Program-made: the position numbers and the translations under genes
Shown here: piece after piece, positions 51,022 through 63,900 of the stretch
Position numbering within the stretch: the stretch's first letter is position 1
Layout of the letters: the number at the start of each line of letters is the position of its first letter
The notes under the pieces: generated by a model
The model's database searches: none
What the model was told of the DNA's origin: nothing
The model's input: the letters and a program-made list of their open reading frames with translations, nothing else
NCBI RefSeq assembly: GCF_964204645.1
Contig: NC_134032.1
Span: forward strand, 10,156,275-10,220,274
Length of the DNA: 64,000 bases
Direction of reading: 5' to 3'
Source: Tubulanus polymorphus
Taxonomy: Eukaryota > Animalia > Nemertea

Positions 51022-51982
51022 ATGTTTATTTTGACACTCCTGTATCTCCCTGCTTCGATGAACATATCACTGGGAACCATACGACCTCCAGAACAGCCAG
51101 GGAACTTAGAGTCGTTAGTCTCAAAATAGTGTGAGAACTTAAGTGAAACTGAATGTCCGATCTACGTATAGAACATGTGCGATCGACTTACTACTTTTCT
51201 CCGATCAGTTTTGACGATCTTAAGTACACACATGTCGCTCATTTCCCCGATTTAGACAATCGGCGACGAAAAAATTATGAGATCGGTGATCAGTACTCAG
51301 TTGGTGACTGCAGATACACAACATACGCCATAGTGATTGGCGATTATTTTATGAGCTCGGCGAGCTAGATCCGGGCGCGAATGGCATGCTGAAATCTCTC
51401 GACCCGATAAAAATATCGTAGAAAACTAGCAAATTGTGATTGCCATCTCGGTACAAACGATGTCACCGACTTTAAAGATGACCATACCGTACATAGCCCG
51501 ACACTATAGACTACAATGGGCTCCATATCGCGATACCTGGTTCTTACTAATTCGTTCATAGCAACCCTCGGGCTTCATGTGATAACAGACTGCTCACAAA
51601 AAAAGAAACGTCAGTCAGACATCTGCAAACGAAAGCCCCTTAAACCATTCGGCCCAAGTATAGAATCCGGTTCATTAGTTCCAGAACGAATCACATAGTT
51701 ATATTCATGCGCCCTACTGGGTATATTTGCAGCTGACTGGTTGACCGGCTGGCTGGCTGAATGGCTGATAGACTGGATGACTGATAATTGAAATTGATAT
51801 TAATTTTCATTAAAATGTTTCATTATAAGACGATATGATAAGTTTGATTAAACGCAGAAAAATGTAACAGGATAATGGGGCTGTGCGGTGAGACTGAAAC
51901 AGTCTATCTAAGCCGTATCACCCAGATATCGATGATCGACTGGATGACTGGATGACTTGACTCTGGTTCAATAGGTGAAAAG

Positions 51983-52440
51983 CTGATGGTGGTGATGGTG
52001 ATGCTGAAGAAGGTGATGGTGGCGTTGAAGATGGTGAAAATGGTGGTGATGGCGATGATGATGGTGAAGGTGGTGATCGAGATGGCGGTGATGCTGGAGA
52101 AGGTGATGGTGATGCTGTAGGTGATCGTGGTGATGATGGAAATGGTAAAGGTGGCGATGATGATGCTGGAGAGGGTGACGCTAGTGTTGGAGATAATGGT
52201 GATGGTGGAGATGGTGATGATTGTGGAGATGGTGATGATAATGAGGATTGTGATGCTAGAGAAGGTGATGCTGGAAAAGGTGATTCTGGTGTTGAAGGGG
52301 ATGGTGATTGTGGTGGGATAGTTGTGATGACGAATATGATGATGGTGGAGATGGTGATGATAATGGAGAAAGTGCTGATGATGATGGTGATGATGAAGTT
52401 GTTGATGGTGATGGTGAAGTTGGTAATGGTGATGCTGGAT
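51983..52440. repeat. Degenerate (GAT/GGT)n triplet repeat
   Basis: Mixed GATGGT/GGTGAT triplets with a phase slip near 52318. Confidence 0.85.
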
Positions 52441-53701
52441 AAATTTTTTATATATTTAATTATTTATATTTAAATATATTTCCTATATTTGTAACTTACA
52501 AGGTGTTTAAGATGCATTTTACGTTGTGTGTACATGCCCCTTTTACAACAGAGGAAGAAGTTACTCGCCCCAATCGAAACAATCTGTAAAATACAGTTGC
52601 TAAGTTTATGAAAAGCTCGGACTGAGGATACCGTTTATCACTTCAATTAGTAATTATTTCCCTTTTTCGTTTTGAAAGTTCTCCATATCACTTTTTCTTC
52701 TCATTTTCTTCTCATCAAAAATTTGCAATTTTGTGCGGACGTTTGTTTTTTATGGACAGCCCCGAACTATCGTCTTCATCGTGATTGCCGGATACGCGGA
52801 AAATTTTCTTTTTTGTCGTAACAGCTAGTATAGATTTTTTTTAATTAAATGCGCCACATGTTGTTGTTAGAGACCGGTGACGACCGGGGAAATGTGTTGA
52901 AAACCAAATCACATCAGTATTTGGAAGACAATTGAACGAATGTGACACGCGATGTTAAGACATTGTGTTCATTTCAGGAAATTGCGTTTAAGAACAATTC
53001 GATGTCATCGCAGTTCTCTGTAATGAGTCACAATGAGAAACACGAAACGGGAAACAGAAAGAGTGCGTTTTGCGAGAAATATGATTTCGGGAAAAACGTC
53101 CCAAATATGTTTGATTCCATGTTTCCGGTTTTTTTTCGTGTTTCACAGCGCCGCGTGTGCATTAGGATGGAAGTCACTTGGATGAAAAATCGTGAATGGT
53201 ATGGAAGCGGACCGGTTGGACTGGTGCAATCTCTTCAATTATCAAATGCACCCTCCAAAATTCTGGAATATTCCTATTTTGCAAAGAAGATTTTATCAGA
53301 TCGAACAAATGAAACCAAATTTGTCCAGATAAGGACCAGAGAAGCCCCTTTTTCGTCCTATATTTTCTGTGAGAGGGCCACCAGAACCGCCACCAATGAT
53401 TTACTTGCAGCCCTCGTATTGCCAAATCTGCTCTTTTCAATACCCGTTCCGAAATATTATCAGGTCCACAGGAATCCTAGATCCGCTTTTGTATCCTGAA
53501 TCCAACCCTGCCGAATAGAAAAAAAGTTCGTTGTTCATTTTGCACACATTTGTGAAGTCTTATTGCAGGGTTTCATGTCTGTAACGCTATTTCACTTAAT
53601 CACCTGGGAATAAGACGAGCGTCTTGCGCCCTATTTATTCTACGTCGCGCAAAAAAAAACACAATGGAATTTTGTCTTTAGTGCAGTTTGATCAGAATGA
53701 A

Positions 53702-54070
53702 GAGGAGAGAATCCCACAATGATAATAAAAAGTCCGAAAATGAAACTTCGAGATAGTAGTTTATTTCAACGTTTCGACTATATCCTAATAGTCATCTTCA
53801 GGAATAATGAGATACTACAGAAATTATGAGATATATATACAATCCAGAGACAAAGAGACTAATTCAAGGGTTAATTAGTCTCTTTGTCTCTGGATTGTAT
53901 ATATATCTCATAATTTCTGTAGTATCTCATTATTCCTGAAGATGACTATTAGGATATAGTCGAAACGTTGAAATAAACTACTATCTCGAAGTTTCATTTT
54001 CGGACTTTTTATTATCATTGTGGGATTCTCTCCTCATCGCGTCAACACGGATATTGTGTTCTACCTATCG
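53702..54070. mobile_element. Penelope-derived insertion of two inverted 163-bp arms with a 13-bp target-site duplication
   Basis: Arms 53702..53864 and 53873..54035 are reverse complements (8-nt spacer). TGATCAGAATGAA flanks at 53689..53701 and 54071..54083. Confidence 0.8.
53930..53976 (+). ncRNA. Minimal Penelope-type hammerhead ribozyme motif (mirror copy on - strand in the left arm)
   Basis: CTGAAGA (53936..53942), stem II GACTAT/ATAGTC, GAAAC (53962..53966), palindromic ACGT mini stem III, GUU triplet, stem I TTATTCC/GAAATAA with one mismatch. Confidence 0.65.
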
Positions 54071-54525
54071 TGATCAGAATGAAATATGGTTCTAGAGATT
54101 GTTTGAAATTAGAACGGTGCGATGGCGTCGTATGCGAAATAACATTTAGGAAAACGAATTACTAGAGAGAATGACACTAATATGTTGATGACGTACATAA
54201 AAGAAACATGTAACCAGGTTTATATGTAAACCTCTCTTTGTTACTTACTACCCCAGCTGGGGTCTGGTTATTGTAAGTTTTTTTTTCAATCGATGCAATT
54301 CCTCGATGGCAATAAACTTTTGATGTTGACACAAGTGTGGACCGCTCATTCAATCATACTGCGATATCCAGCTGGTGCCCTTTGCTTTGGTGTCGCATTT
54401 TTGGATTTATTCTTGTTACACACTGATTAAACTTCAGACGCTGCGCAGTGAGACATCGGGAGGAGTTTCTGATTTGAATCCGCACCCGATTCCACAGTTG
54501 GGTGAGTTTGAAAAATGTGATTCTA

Positions 54526-55355
54526 GACCCTACGGAAGCGTTCTGGGGATATCGAAAGAAGATCCTATTTTCGAAAAAGTAAAATCCTATTTTTGAAAAA
54601 TCAAATTATGTTTGTGAATAAGAAATCGTATTTTTTCAATGAAAAATCTACGGAAGGGTACGGAAGCGTCCTGGGGATATAATTCATTTTTTTAAATTGA
54701 AAAATCATAAAATTAGATATAACTTCGATTTTTTATTAAATGTTTTGTTTTTTCAACTTGCGTTGATTTAATTCCGACTTTTTCACGGTAATAAGTCATT
54801 TTTTATTAAAGTTTGTATCCGATTTTTGTAATATTTATCCGAATTTATCTAAGCGCAATGGTGACTGACAGTTCATTTTGGATGGCCTGTCCGAGACCAC
54901 TGGCCCATTTGGACAACATAGTGGCTTCTAGGCACCAAAGTTTCCCCTGATGCATCGAATTTGTATCAGTGAATCTCTGAGGCGGGAAAACAGCTTCCTG
55001 GTTCATGTGAATTAATTTCTTGAATTGAAGGGCAAATTTGTGTCCGAATTTTTTTCATTTTATTGAAATGTTTTCATAAAATTTTGCGGTAAATTGAGCG
55101 CTTTTCGCCATTGAATCAAAAAGTCCCTTAAGATGGATTGACTTCTTGCCCTAACGCGGCTATTCCCTGGTTCTGATATGAGAGCACTGCCGTGATATGG
55201 ATGACCTGATTTGGTTGAATATTACATTGAAAGAATAGGATCTTTTAATTCAAAAAATTATTTTTCAATAAAAATATTTTTCATTCGAAAAATGAATTTT
55301 CTAGAATGTCCAGAATTGTTTGTCGATGTCCCCATAGGGCGCTTGCGTGGGATCC
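54526..55355. mobile_element. Decayed TIR element upstream of SLC22 copy B
   Basis: GACCCTACGGAAGCGTTCTGGGGATATCGA is an imperfect inverted match to TCGATGTCCCCATAGGGCGCTTGCGTGGGATC; not seen upstream of copy A. Confidence 0.45.
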
Positions 55356-56217
55356 AGTTCATCAGTTGTGCTGGTTAATTTGACTTATTTCCACGGTTAT
55401 GTCGGTATCCTGTGACTCTTCAGCCCTCTACTTCTGTGAATTTAGTTTAACTTTGGCCCATTTCCACAGTTTTGCGGGTTTATTTCGACTTGAGTCCTCT
55501 CTTTGTCCCCTGTAACACCCCTCTAACTATCAATTGGTGTACTGGTGTGTTCCTACAATTAAAACCATTTTCCGTGGAGACAAGTGTAGTAAAAATGAAA
55601 AAAATGACACCCATATACTGAAATACACGCATAGAAAACAGCGCCGAAACCAGGAATGACAATACACGCGCTGTAGTTAAAGAGCCATAGGATAAAAACT
55701 AGGCAAGATATCTTAAGATTTTAAAGTTCACTTGAAAGGGGCGTTAATGCGCACAGTTCTTGAAATTTTTGGATTTTTTAGAAAATAATTTCTGAAACTA
55801 ATGAACTTCAAATTTCAGTACCCTGGATTTTTTTGCGCGCGGCAAAAACTGACCACCGATTTCTATATCGCTCTCATGTCGCATTGTTGCAAATTTGAGA
55901 AATGATCGTTGCATAAATAAAAACTAGAGATTCACGCGGTTTAAATGTTGTTAAAACTGTCAAAATCCAACCAGGGACAGATGAGATATGATAAAACACG
56001 CATCACAAATAGTTTCTAAAAAGGAGAAAATAATGACCCAACAATACATGACAAAAGTAACCTAACAAAATGGCGGCTAGCAACTGTAAAATGGTTTATT
56101 ATCTAAATAGATATCTAGTTATAGTTATCTAAATAGTTTAGATAATTGCTCATAGGTCTTTGGTAAATTTCGCTGTGGATCTCTACTGGTAATTTCTGTC
56201 CAAGCCATAACAGAAAT

Positions 56218-56254
56218 TGGGGGCTTGTCCGGGAGCCGAACCCGGGACCTCTCG
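56218..56254 (-). pseudogene. 3' half of tRNA-Pro including CCA (retro-copy or extended primer-binding site)
   Basis: Minus strand CGAGAGGTC-CCGGG-TTCGGCT-CCCGG-ACAAGCC-C-CCA; 33/37 identical to the 3' end of a typical animal tRNA-Pro. Confidence 0.75.
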
Positions 56255-56356
56255 GGTCTCGGGTATTTTTTTTGGGGTGGGAGAGACGTGGACTGGATGT
56301 TAATAGATTCTGATAATTTATTATTTCAGGTGATTTGACTGATATCGATCAACAGT

Positions 56357-59300
56357 ATGGAAGTTGATCGCGCTCTATCGGAGCTAGGCGGTCGTCTGGG
56401 AAGATGGCAGATTACTCGATCCACAGTGCTTTGCGCTCTGCTCTACGTAGGCATCGTATTTGCAAATCTTTCAATAACATTCGTAGGTAAGTGAAAACTT
56501 GTTATGTGAATAGAGTTTTCAAAAACCATATTTAGTGACATCGATGTCATTGGGTGTTTTGTCGGAAAGCATCTTTCCCGGAAGGGTCTTCAGGTTTACG
56601 ATTTTCGGGAAGCGACTTGTAAATAGCGAAATATGATCTAAAGCGCTCTCCAGAAACACCTTATTACTTGAACAGAAATGTCTTCAGCTCTCATTTGAAT
56701 GCTTTGAATTTGAATTCCACACGATGGTGCGCCCAAAAGCACGTCCTCCAAATGATGTCAAGGCATTTCTTCTGGAAGCGTATATAGACATTACGTTATC
56801 ACAACGAGGTTGGCAGACCATAGGCCAATTGATGAAGTCGTTGGTGGATCACGGAGGTAGCAATGTTCATTTGTTGGTTATTATTGTACAGGTTGGAAAC
56901 CTCCACACCACTGCCACCTACCGCCGGGTAATAAAAACATGTCGCAGGGGATCCCTTTAGATGATGAACTTGAGTTCAGCCAGTGTACGATGTATGAGCC
57001 GACTTTAGACGACAGGAACTTGACCGTCTACACCAATCACGTGATATCGTGCACAGACGGAGTCGACTTCGCAAACGAGGGTTACGAGGGTATCGTATCT
57101 GAGGTCGGTATCAAAGAGTCATCACGTCACAAACTTCTCTGAATTCTCATTTTTTATCGTATTTTTGATTGAAATTCTCGTTAGAGGTCGCTTCTGTCAC
57201 AGCTGTGGGGGGAGGGAGTCCATACATATACACAGGATGTTTGTTTCAATCACCAGATAAAAAAAGGAAAGCTAGAGGAACTGTAGTTCAGTTAAAATGC
57301 TTAGCCTGAACACCAAGCTTCACGGTTTGTTCCCCACTGATAGCTACCGAGGGAAGTTGCCTTGTAACCAGCGGTTCGTGTCAACCAAGTTGACATTCGG
57401 GTAACAGAGAGACCCTATTCGTCTGTTATTTAACGGAAGAGTGATATAGTAACAGCTGTTAGTGAAAAGAGATCACCAATAAGATGATAATAGTTGTCAC
57501 ATTTCCCCACAAAGCAGTGACACGGAGCATATAGAACACACTTCGTTATTCCTATTATTGAATCCGATACAATAGTCCAGATGATACCACCAGACGCAAT
57601 GATAAACGTGTGGAAGCAGAGACGAATTTATCGAAATCACAGCCCTACCTAAATGGGAAGAGTTAATCATGAAGATTTTCGTTGCAATGAATATGGCCGA
57701 AGTCTGTATGCGTGACCGCCATTTTCTTGCTTGGGTAAACTCAGGGTTACCGTGCTCTTGAGCGCGGTGAGGCATGTGCCGTACCCAACATTGAGTATAC
57801 GCTTGGATAAATGTATCGAGTACTATACTTGAAGGGGTAACTCGGAATTGCGAATGTTTCGATAAATTCGCCTTAGTTTATTAGCTCGCTTCCGACGATA
57901 CCCGATTGCCACAGTAGCATTGTTTGATTCCTCTGTGTTGAAGACTTTAACCTTGCGCCCCCTAGTGAATCCCCTTTTGCAGCAGTTTCCAATGCTGGAT
58001 TGAATTTTCGTACATGTAGCTCATAATTTTGTTCCTCTTTCAGCTGGACCTCGTATGCGAACAGAGCCACCTACCGGCCCTGTCGCAAACCCTGTATTTC
58101 CTGGGTGTCTTATTCGGTTCGTTGTTTTTCACGACCTGGTCCGACTTCTTGGGCCGTAAGATAACGCTCATATTCTGCGCCATGGCGACGGCAACGTGCG
58201 TCTTGACCACCGCCCTAGCCGTATATAGCGTGTACACCTTCATGGCTCTGCGGTTCCTTACAGGAGCATGCGCCCAGGTAAGAAATTCATGACACCTTTT
58301 TGACTAATTTCAGGGCATTTCTCTGACAAATCGTCAGGACACCTTTCTGACTTATTTCAGGGCACTTCTCTGACTAATGCCAGGGCACGCAGGTGTACAT
58401 TTCTGATTAATTTCTGAGCTCCTTTCTGACTAATTTCAGAGCACCTCTCTGATTTATTTCATGCCATCCAGTACTCGACTAATTTCAGGGCACTTCTCTG
58501 GCTACGATGACTCTAAACACAGAACTGTTCGCCAGTCGTTATCGCTCATTCGGACCTATTTATCAACATTTGTTCTGGGCGATTGGGATTATGATCCTGC
58601 CCTTGTTGGGATACTTCATCACCTACTGGCGCCATCTATTGATAGCCGTAAGTCTATACGGTTTCTCATCAATAGCTACGATATGGTAAGCTGTTATTTT
58701 CCAGATTTTTTTCCATAATCCTAATTCTTTATTAAGAAAGCAATCAGTCGACTCATTGCCATGAAATTTTGTGGTTCAACTAATAGGGATATTAACGAAG
58801 ACAGCTCTTTTTGGGTAGAGCAGGGGTAATTTGATGATGTTAGGGGAATTGGAAATCATCTCAGGCAGGGCCTATAGAGGGCGAATCTTGCGAGAGAGGC
58901 CCTTTTATGTGAAGTACGCGATATGGTACTGGCCGCGGAATTTAGGAGAATTTATAGAAGCCATGTTTCTTAGAAGGGAATGTAACAACTTAATCTAAAT
59001 ATTCTTTAGGCTGGTCGAAGAGTCGATCCCGTGGTTGGTAGCGAACGGTCGCGGCAAACAGGCTTTACATATTCTGAGAAAAGCGGCGAAACTGAACGGC
59101 GTTGAGTTGTCAGACGATGCCGTGCGAGATATACGCATCGCCTCCAAGCGGGCAGTCAATCAACAAGATGTCGGCACGGACGCGGACAATTTGACCCGCG
59201 TCGGACGAATCAAACACGATGTACGACGACTACGGGTACAGCTTCAGCGAAAGTTCACTTGTGACTGTACTACCGCTTACGATGCCGCTCATGATGAGAA

Positions 59301-61788
59301 GGGGGTCGTGGCTGACCAGGAAGTGGGCCTGAAAGACGTGTTCCGAAACGCGCGTTTGAGGACGTACGCCTTGGTCTCGATGTTGATATGGTTAGTAAAT
59401 CTTATCACATGAAAATTGACCGGGAAGACCGGGTCGCATCTGAAACTTATCAAAAAAGGCATTCGCGTTTCCTTCAAAGCAGAAATTGCACCAGTCCGTA
59501 CGCAGGTAAACGGCGCCAGCCCTAGTGCTGGTATCGAGGTCTGCTAACATGTTTAGTAGTGAAAGCAGTGATTGAAATAAATTTCTCAAGGCTTGAATTT
59601 TGATGAAAATCCTGGAAAATTGCATATTTACATGATATGATATTATAACATTGCCAACGAAAAGATTTAGAAAAGATTTCGACGCACCATATGCTTATCA
59701 TCTCGCAGAATCCTTAGCTGATCCATCCCAGCAAATTTCATCATTTGCTGAAATAGGATTGTCCTGATTCCTCATTTATGATTTGGGATCAGCTGTGTCA
59801 GAATTGTTCGAAATTTCTTTGGTAATTGTTCAGAATTGAATCGAAGTTCTATGTAACGATTCAGTTATTCACCTCGTTTGAATAATCCATTCCGTTCCAC
59901 TAGATTTTATTGTTTACCAAAAAACAGAATTGCTTTTTTTCTTATTATTTGCAGGGTGTCCACGAGTTTCGTTTATTATGGCTTGACGTTAAGCTCGACT
60001 GCGATGGTCGGCAACAGATTTCTGAACTTATTTCTCAGCGGTCTGGTCGAAGTCCCGGCTTGTATATTAACAATATTTCTAATCGAAAGGTGAACGATTT
60101 TCTTTCTATACCCGAACCTTGTTTCATCACCAAAAAAGATGGCATAGTAAACTTCACCTATCCCAGATAGTCCAACTCTCGGGACATTCGACAGATTCGG
60201 ACCACGTATTTTCCGATCCGTAAGTCCGTATAGTTGTCCTAGTTACGCGAGGTTTGCTATGAAAATATTCATAAAAAGTACAACTAGTGGTTTTAGCAGT
60301 AGCAATAGTTTTATAATGATAATGATCATTCTTTAAAAAAGGAAAGTTTTTATATCTTCAAGCTATTCTACGACAATCTCCTGTTTTTTATTACTTTCAG
60401 AGTAGGTCGAAGGGCCTTAGTTTCGGCCTTGTTTGTTATCACTGGTGTATCCATCCTCATTACTGCATTCATTCCCGAGAAGACGGGTAGGTGCTCGTTT
60501 TAACCTATCAATTGATTTCGTAGACGCGTTTTGAGATTCTCAATGAGAATTCTAGAAATCTACTACTTCTATTGAACACTTCTATTGAGCATAAAGTGGG
60601 CTTTGCGAGAGAGCGACTGTTTATAGTTGTCATAAATGTAACTAGTTGATTTAGGTTCAAAAAGGAACTGTCGAAATGTTTCCTGAGTAAAAAGTAAGTG
60701 ACTCCCGTTGTTTGCGTCTTGTTTTAGCGAGGGGTGCGAGTTTAATAGCTGTAACTATGACGTTTAACGGTATCGGCAAATTCTGTGTCAGCGCCGCCTA
60801 CGCAATTATATATCTATACGCTGGCGAAATATTTCCTACCAATTTCCGGTAAGATTGCAACTATTCGAATATAATTTCACCGTAAAGCATACGTTATTCT
60901 AATACATTAAAACTCGCTTGGGTCTTGATTGGAAAGACCACAAATGGCGAATAGCGCATTGTTTGATCATGAAAAAATTGATACGAGTAAATAATGTGCG
61001 GACTCGTACGGTGATAACTAAGTTAAAGATATATGAATTCTATATTTTCGATACGATTCTATTAAATTCACAGTGCAGAAGCTCATGAAAATAAATATCT
61101 TGTAAATGTTCTTTGTTAGTCAAAAGAAAATACTAAATCATTGACACATCTATGCGACATAAACCATAATATACCATAATACACATTAAAACCATAAGTT
61201 TATAGCCGACACATTAGTCACCTTACGGATGCGTTCCCAATGAAATAATTGCCAGCATGTGGTCAATGTGCTATTCTATTTCATTTGAAGTAACCGAGGT
61301 GTTGGTATGTGCTCAGCGGCAGCTCGTATTGGCAGTATGGTCGCTCCTTTCTCCGCTTACGTGGTAAGTAATGTGAGAAAATGTTGCTAAAGCCCAGAGC
61401 TTATTTGAAGATCGTCGAAAGATTTAAGGACACGGTTGGATGCCTTAAATGGCACAGCTTGCGCGGACACTTTTTGGAATTTTTCTTTTGACTGTATTTA
61501 CCATCATAACAAAAATATGCTGTAGGGGGATGTTTGTCATATTTTCAGGCACCAAGCCATGCCTGGTTGGTGGCCGTCGTTTTCGGTAGTGTTAGTATAC
61601 TGAACGGACTATTGACGCTAACACTTCCGGAAACCCGAGGGCGCCCTCTACCGCAAACGCTGGCAGACGTCCCATCTCGCGAGCCACTCAGTTGCCAGTA
61701 CCGACGCCGCAGCTCGGAGCAACCCGTCTATGAGTTCGAACCGGTCGCCGAAAAACCGGAGTTAAACCAAGAAACGCCGAATGTTTAA
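56357..61788 (+). CDS. SLC22-family organic ion transporter, copy B, 10 coding exons, 602 aa
   Basis: Exons 56357-56486, 56892-57103, 58044-58277, 58489-58685, 59010-59390, 59955-60089, 60401-60486, 60728-60848, 61291-61363, 61549-61788 (1809 nt). Same phases as copy A. Confidence 0.93.
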
Positions 61789-61899
61789 CAGGGTATCTTT
61801 TAATAGATTAACAGGGTATCTTAAATGCTCAAGGTAAAAAGGGACATACCAGCAAAAAGATGGATGAGCCCAATGGTCGAGAGCGAGGTTTTCATAAAA

Positions 61900-62720
61900 A
61901 AACAACTCTCAGTATTTATATTCATCTGGGTATTCTAAAATATTTTTTAAAGTAGTCGACATGTTTTGATTTGGCAACGCTTAATTTTCTAAAGTGCATT
62001 ATTTGAGATTTGGAGAGATTTATAGAAACTGGTCATTTATTACACCAGGTTTCAACGCATCGTATTATTCCTCGCTGCTGCTAACAATGATATATCATGT
62101 GCATATAGTAGAAATGCTTATGAAAATCATGTCCATCCAAAGTCTCGGGCTTTGATAGATTCTGCCAAAATCGTTGATAAAAATTGTAAAAAGAGTTGGT
62201 GAGAGGCTGTCTCCCTGACGAACATCTGATGTCATATCGAACCAACGGGACTGTATTCCATTTACATTTACACTGGTTTTTGGTATTTGTATCAAATGAT
62301 TTGATGGCATTGTAAAAATATTTCCGCCAATACCGGTCTGTAAAATTTGATATAAAATGAGTTCTCAACGTTATCCAAAGCTTTATGGAAAATCTATTTC
62401 TAAAAATACCAAAAGTTGATTTGTTTTGATTAAACGATTCCGAACAATAGAGGTAGCTACAAAAAGTTGGTTTGCAAAAGTTCTATGTTTCTAAAAGCCA
62501 TTTTGTTATTCTGCCATTTTTGTGATTCTAAGAAATTTACTAATCTGAAATGTATGATTTTGACTTGGCACTTACGAGACTGATACCACGGTGATTCAAG
62601 GGTACTACTCCAGCTTCTTATGTCGTGTCTCTTGGAATTGAACTATTGATAGCATTATTTCGGCAAGAGCTAGGGCATGTGCTTCTTGAACAGATTAAAA
62701 CGTTGGAGTAGGTCTATAAT
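61900..62720 (-). mobile_element. Heavily decayed LINE reverse transcriptase remnant
   Basis: VRQGDSLSPTLFTIFIND and HRGISLVS fragments in broken frames; absent from the matching 3' flank of copy A. Confidence 0.7.
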
Positions 62721-63748
62721 GCCTTACATTTCACTACACGGCGTATTATCAATGATCAATTTTGGGAGCCTTGGGCAATGAGTGTTTGCGGATACTGACC
62801 ATTTCGCTCAAAGTAGAAGCTGTTATAAAACGTTGAACGTCTTAAGGCATTAAGAAATAGCATACAGGGGATTCACCACGAATAGTTATTGCCATCATAT
62901 TCCGATAAGTAAAAAGTAAATTTGGCTTTAGTCTCATTTGTACATTAACATAGGTTATTTAGCGACGTCACGTCATCCTTACCTTCTTCATGGCATTATA
63001 TGAGGATATCATATCTGGAAGCTTACACGGGTTATTCCATCACGTTAAGATATGTAAGTGATAGCGCCTGGGGAGATCGGAATTGTATGGATACTGACTG
63101 AGATGCGTGTATTATATTAAAAGATCATTTATACAGGAGCTGCCATTCATATGTCTTCCACGCGCGACCTCAGAACAAATTCAAAAATATTTCGGCTAAT
63201 CTATAGCAGTATTGGAAAGGTTTTTTTTAAATTCTCAATTCGATTTTTGTTTTTCTTCAGTTGTTATCTTCTACGTGAGAAATATATTTATATATGTACG
63301 TCAAAGTTACGTTTTCGTTTAATAAGACATGCGCGGAAATGGTGTAAAACAAATTCGCTCGTTTTTCGTATCACATAGTCACATCGTGAACCAGTTCCGA
63401 GGATAGAGACAAATGTTATATTTCGTATTATTGTGAACTATCTTCGGAACTGGTACGATGTGGCCTGACAATTCAGAGTAATCGGTTTAAACAACGAACC
63501 TTTGCTGGATTCCTGCGATCGGATGGCGCCCGATTCGAATCCTTGCCGCTGGGGATCCGAGGGAGCGTCGATGCACTTTCCAAAAGATAACAAACGGAAG
63601 AGAACAACTGTATTTTAAAAAAAATCATAGAAACCACATGTATTCCGCGTTCATTGGATAGTTAACATACTCGTTTGCATAACGGTAAAATGAACGTATG
63701 TCATTGGCCAAAATCCCGCGGGAATTTCAGTTTTTAGTAAAACCATGT

Positions 63749-63809
63749 GCGCGGAAAAAGGGCAGGCGGTCACGTGACGTCATCTTCGGATTTACGCACG
63801 AATTTCAAA
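63749..63809 (+). promoter_or_regulatory. Motif-dense promoter (E2F-like, E-box/CLEAR overlapping CRE, CHR-like)
   Basis: GCGCGGAAAA 63749..63758, GTCACGTGAC 63769..63778, TGACGTCA 63775..63782, TTCAAA 63804..63809. Confidence 0.55.
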
Positions 63810-63900
63810 ATGGAAAGTAATTCGGGTCCAGAGCGGCGTTCTAACACTGTAACGCCTCGCAGTCCGTCGTCGCCTAGCAAACGCAATATTTCTTCTAAAA
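63810..63900 (+). CDS. Probable first coding exon of an unidentified gene (MESNSGPERRSNTVTPRSPSSPSKRNISSK)
   Basis: CAAAATGG start context as in EMC2 and TRMT11, GC-rich codons, then GT at 63901 and AT-rich sequence. Donor position uncertain. Confidence 0.4.

Noticed and set aside
51974-52440. Gly/Asp-rich coding exon
   Set aside because: Triplet phase slips near 52318 and no partner exons; treated as a simple repeat.
52942-53499. 185-aa ORF upstream of SLC22-B
   Set aside because: Non-ATG start, no recognisable domain, and it spans sequence homologous to non-coding DNA upstream of copy A.
55511-56212. Complete LTR (TGTAAC...ATAACA) before the tRNA-Pro match
   Set aside because: No second LTR, TSD or gag/pol, and the interior looks more like a DNA-transposon fragment; left as a possibility only.
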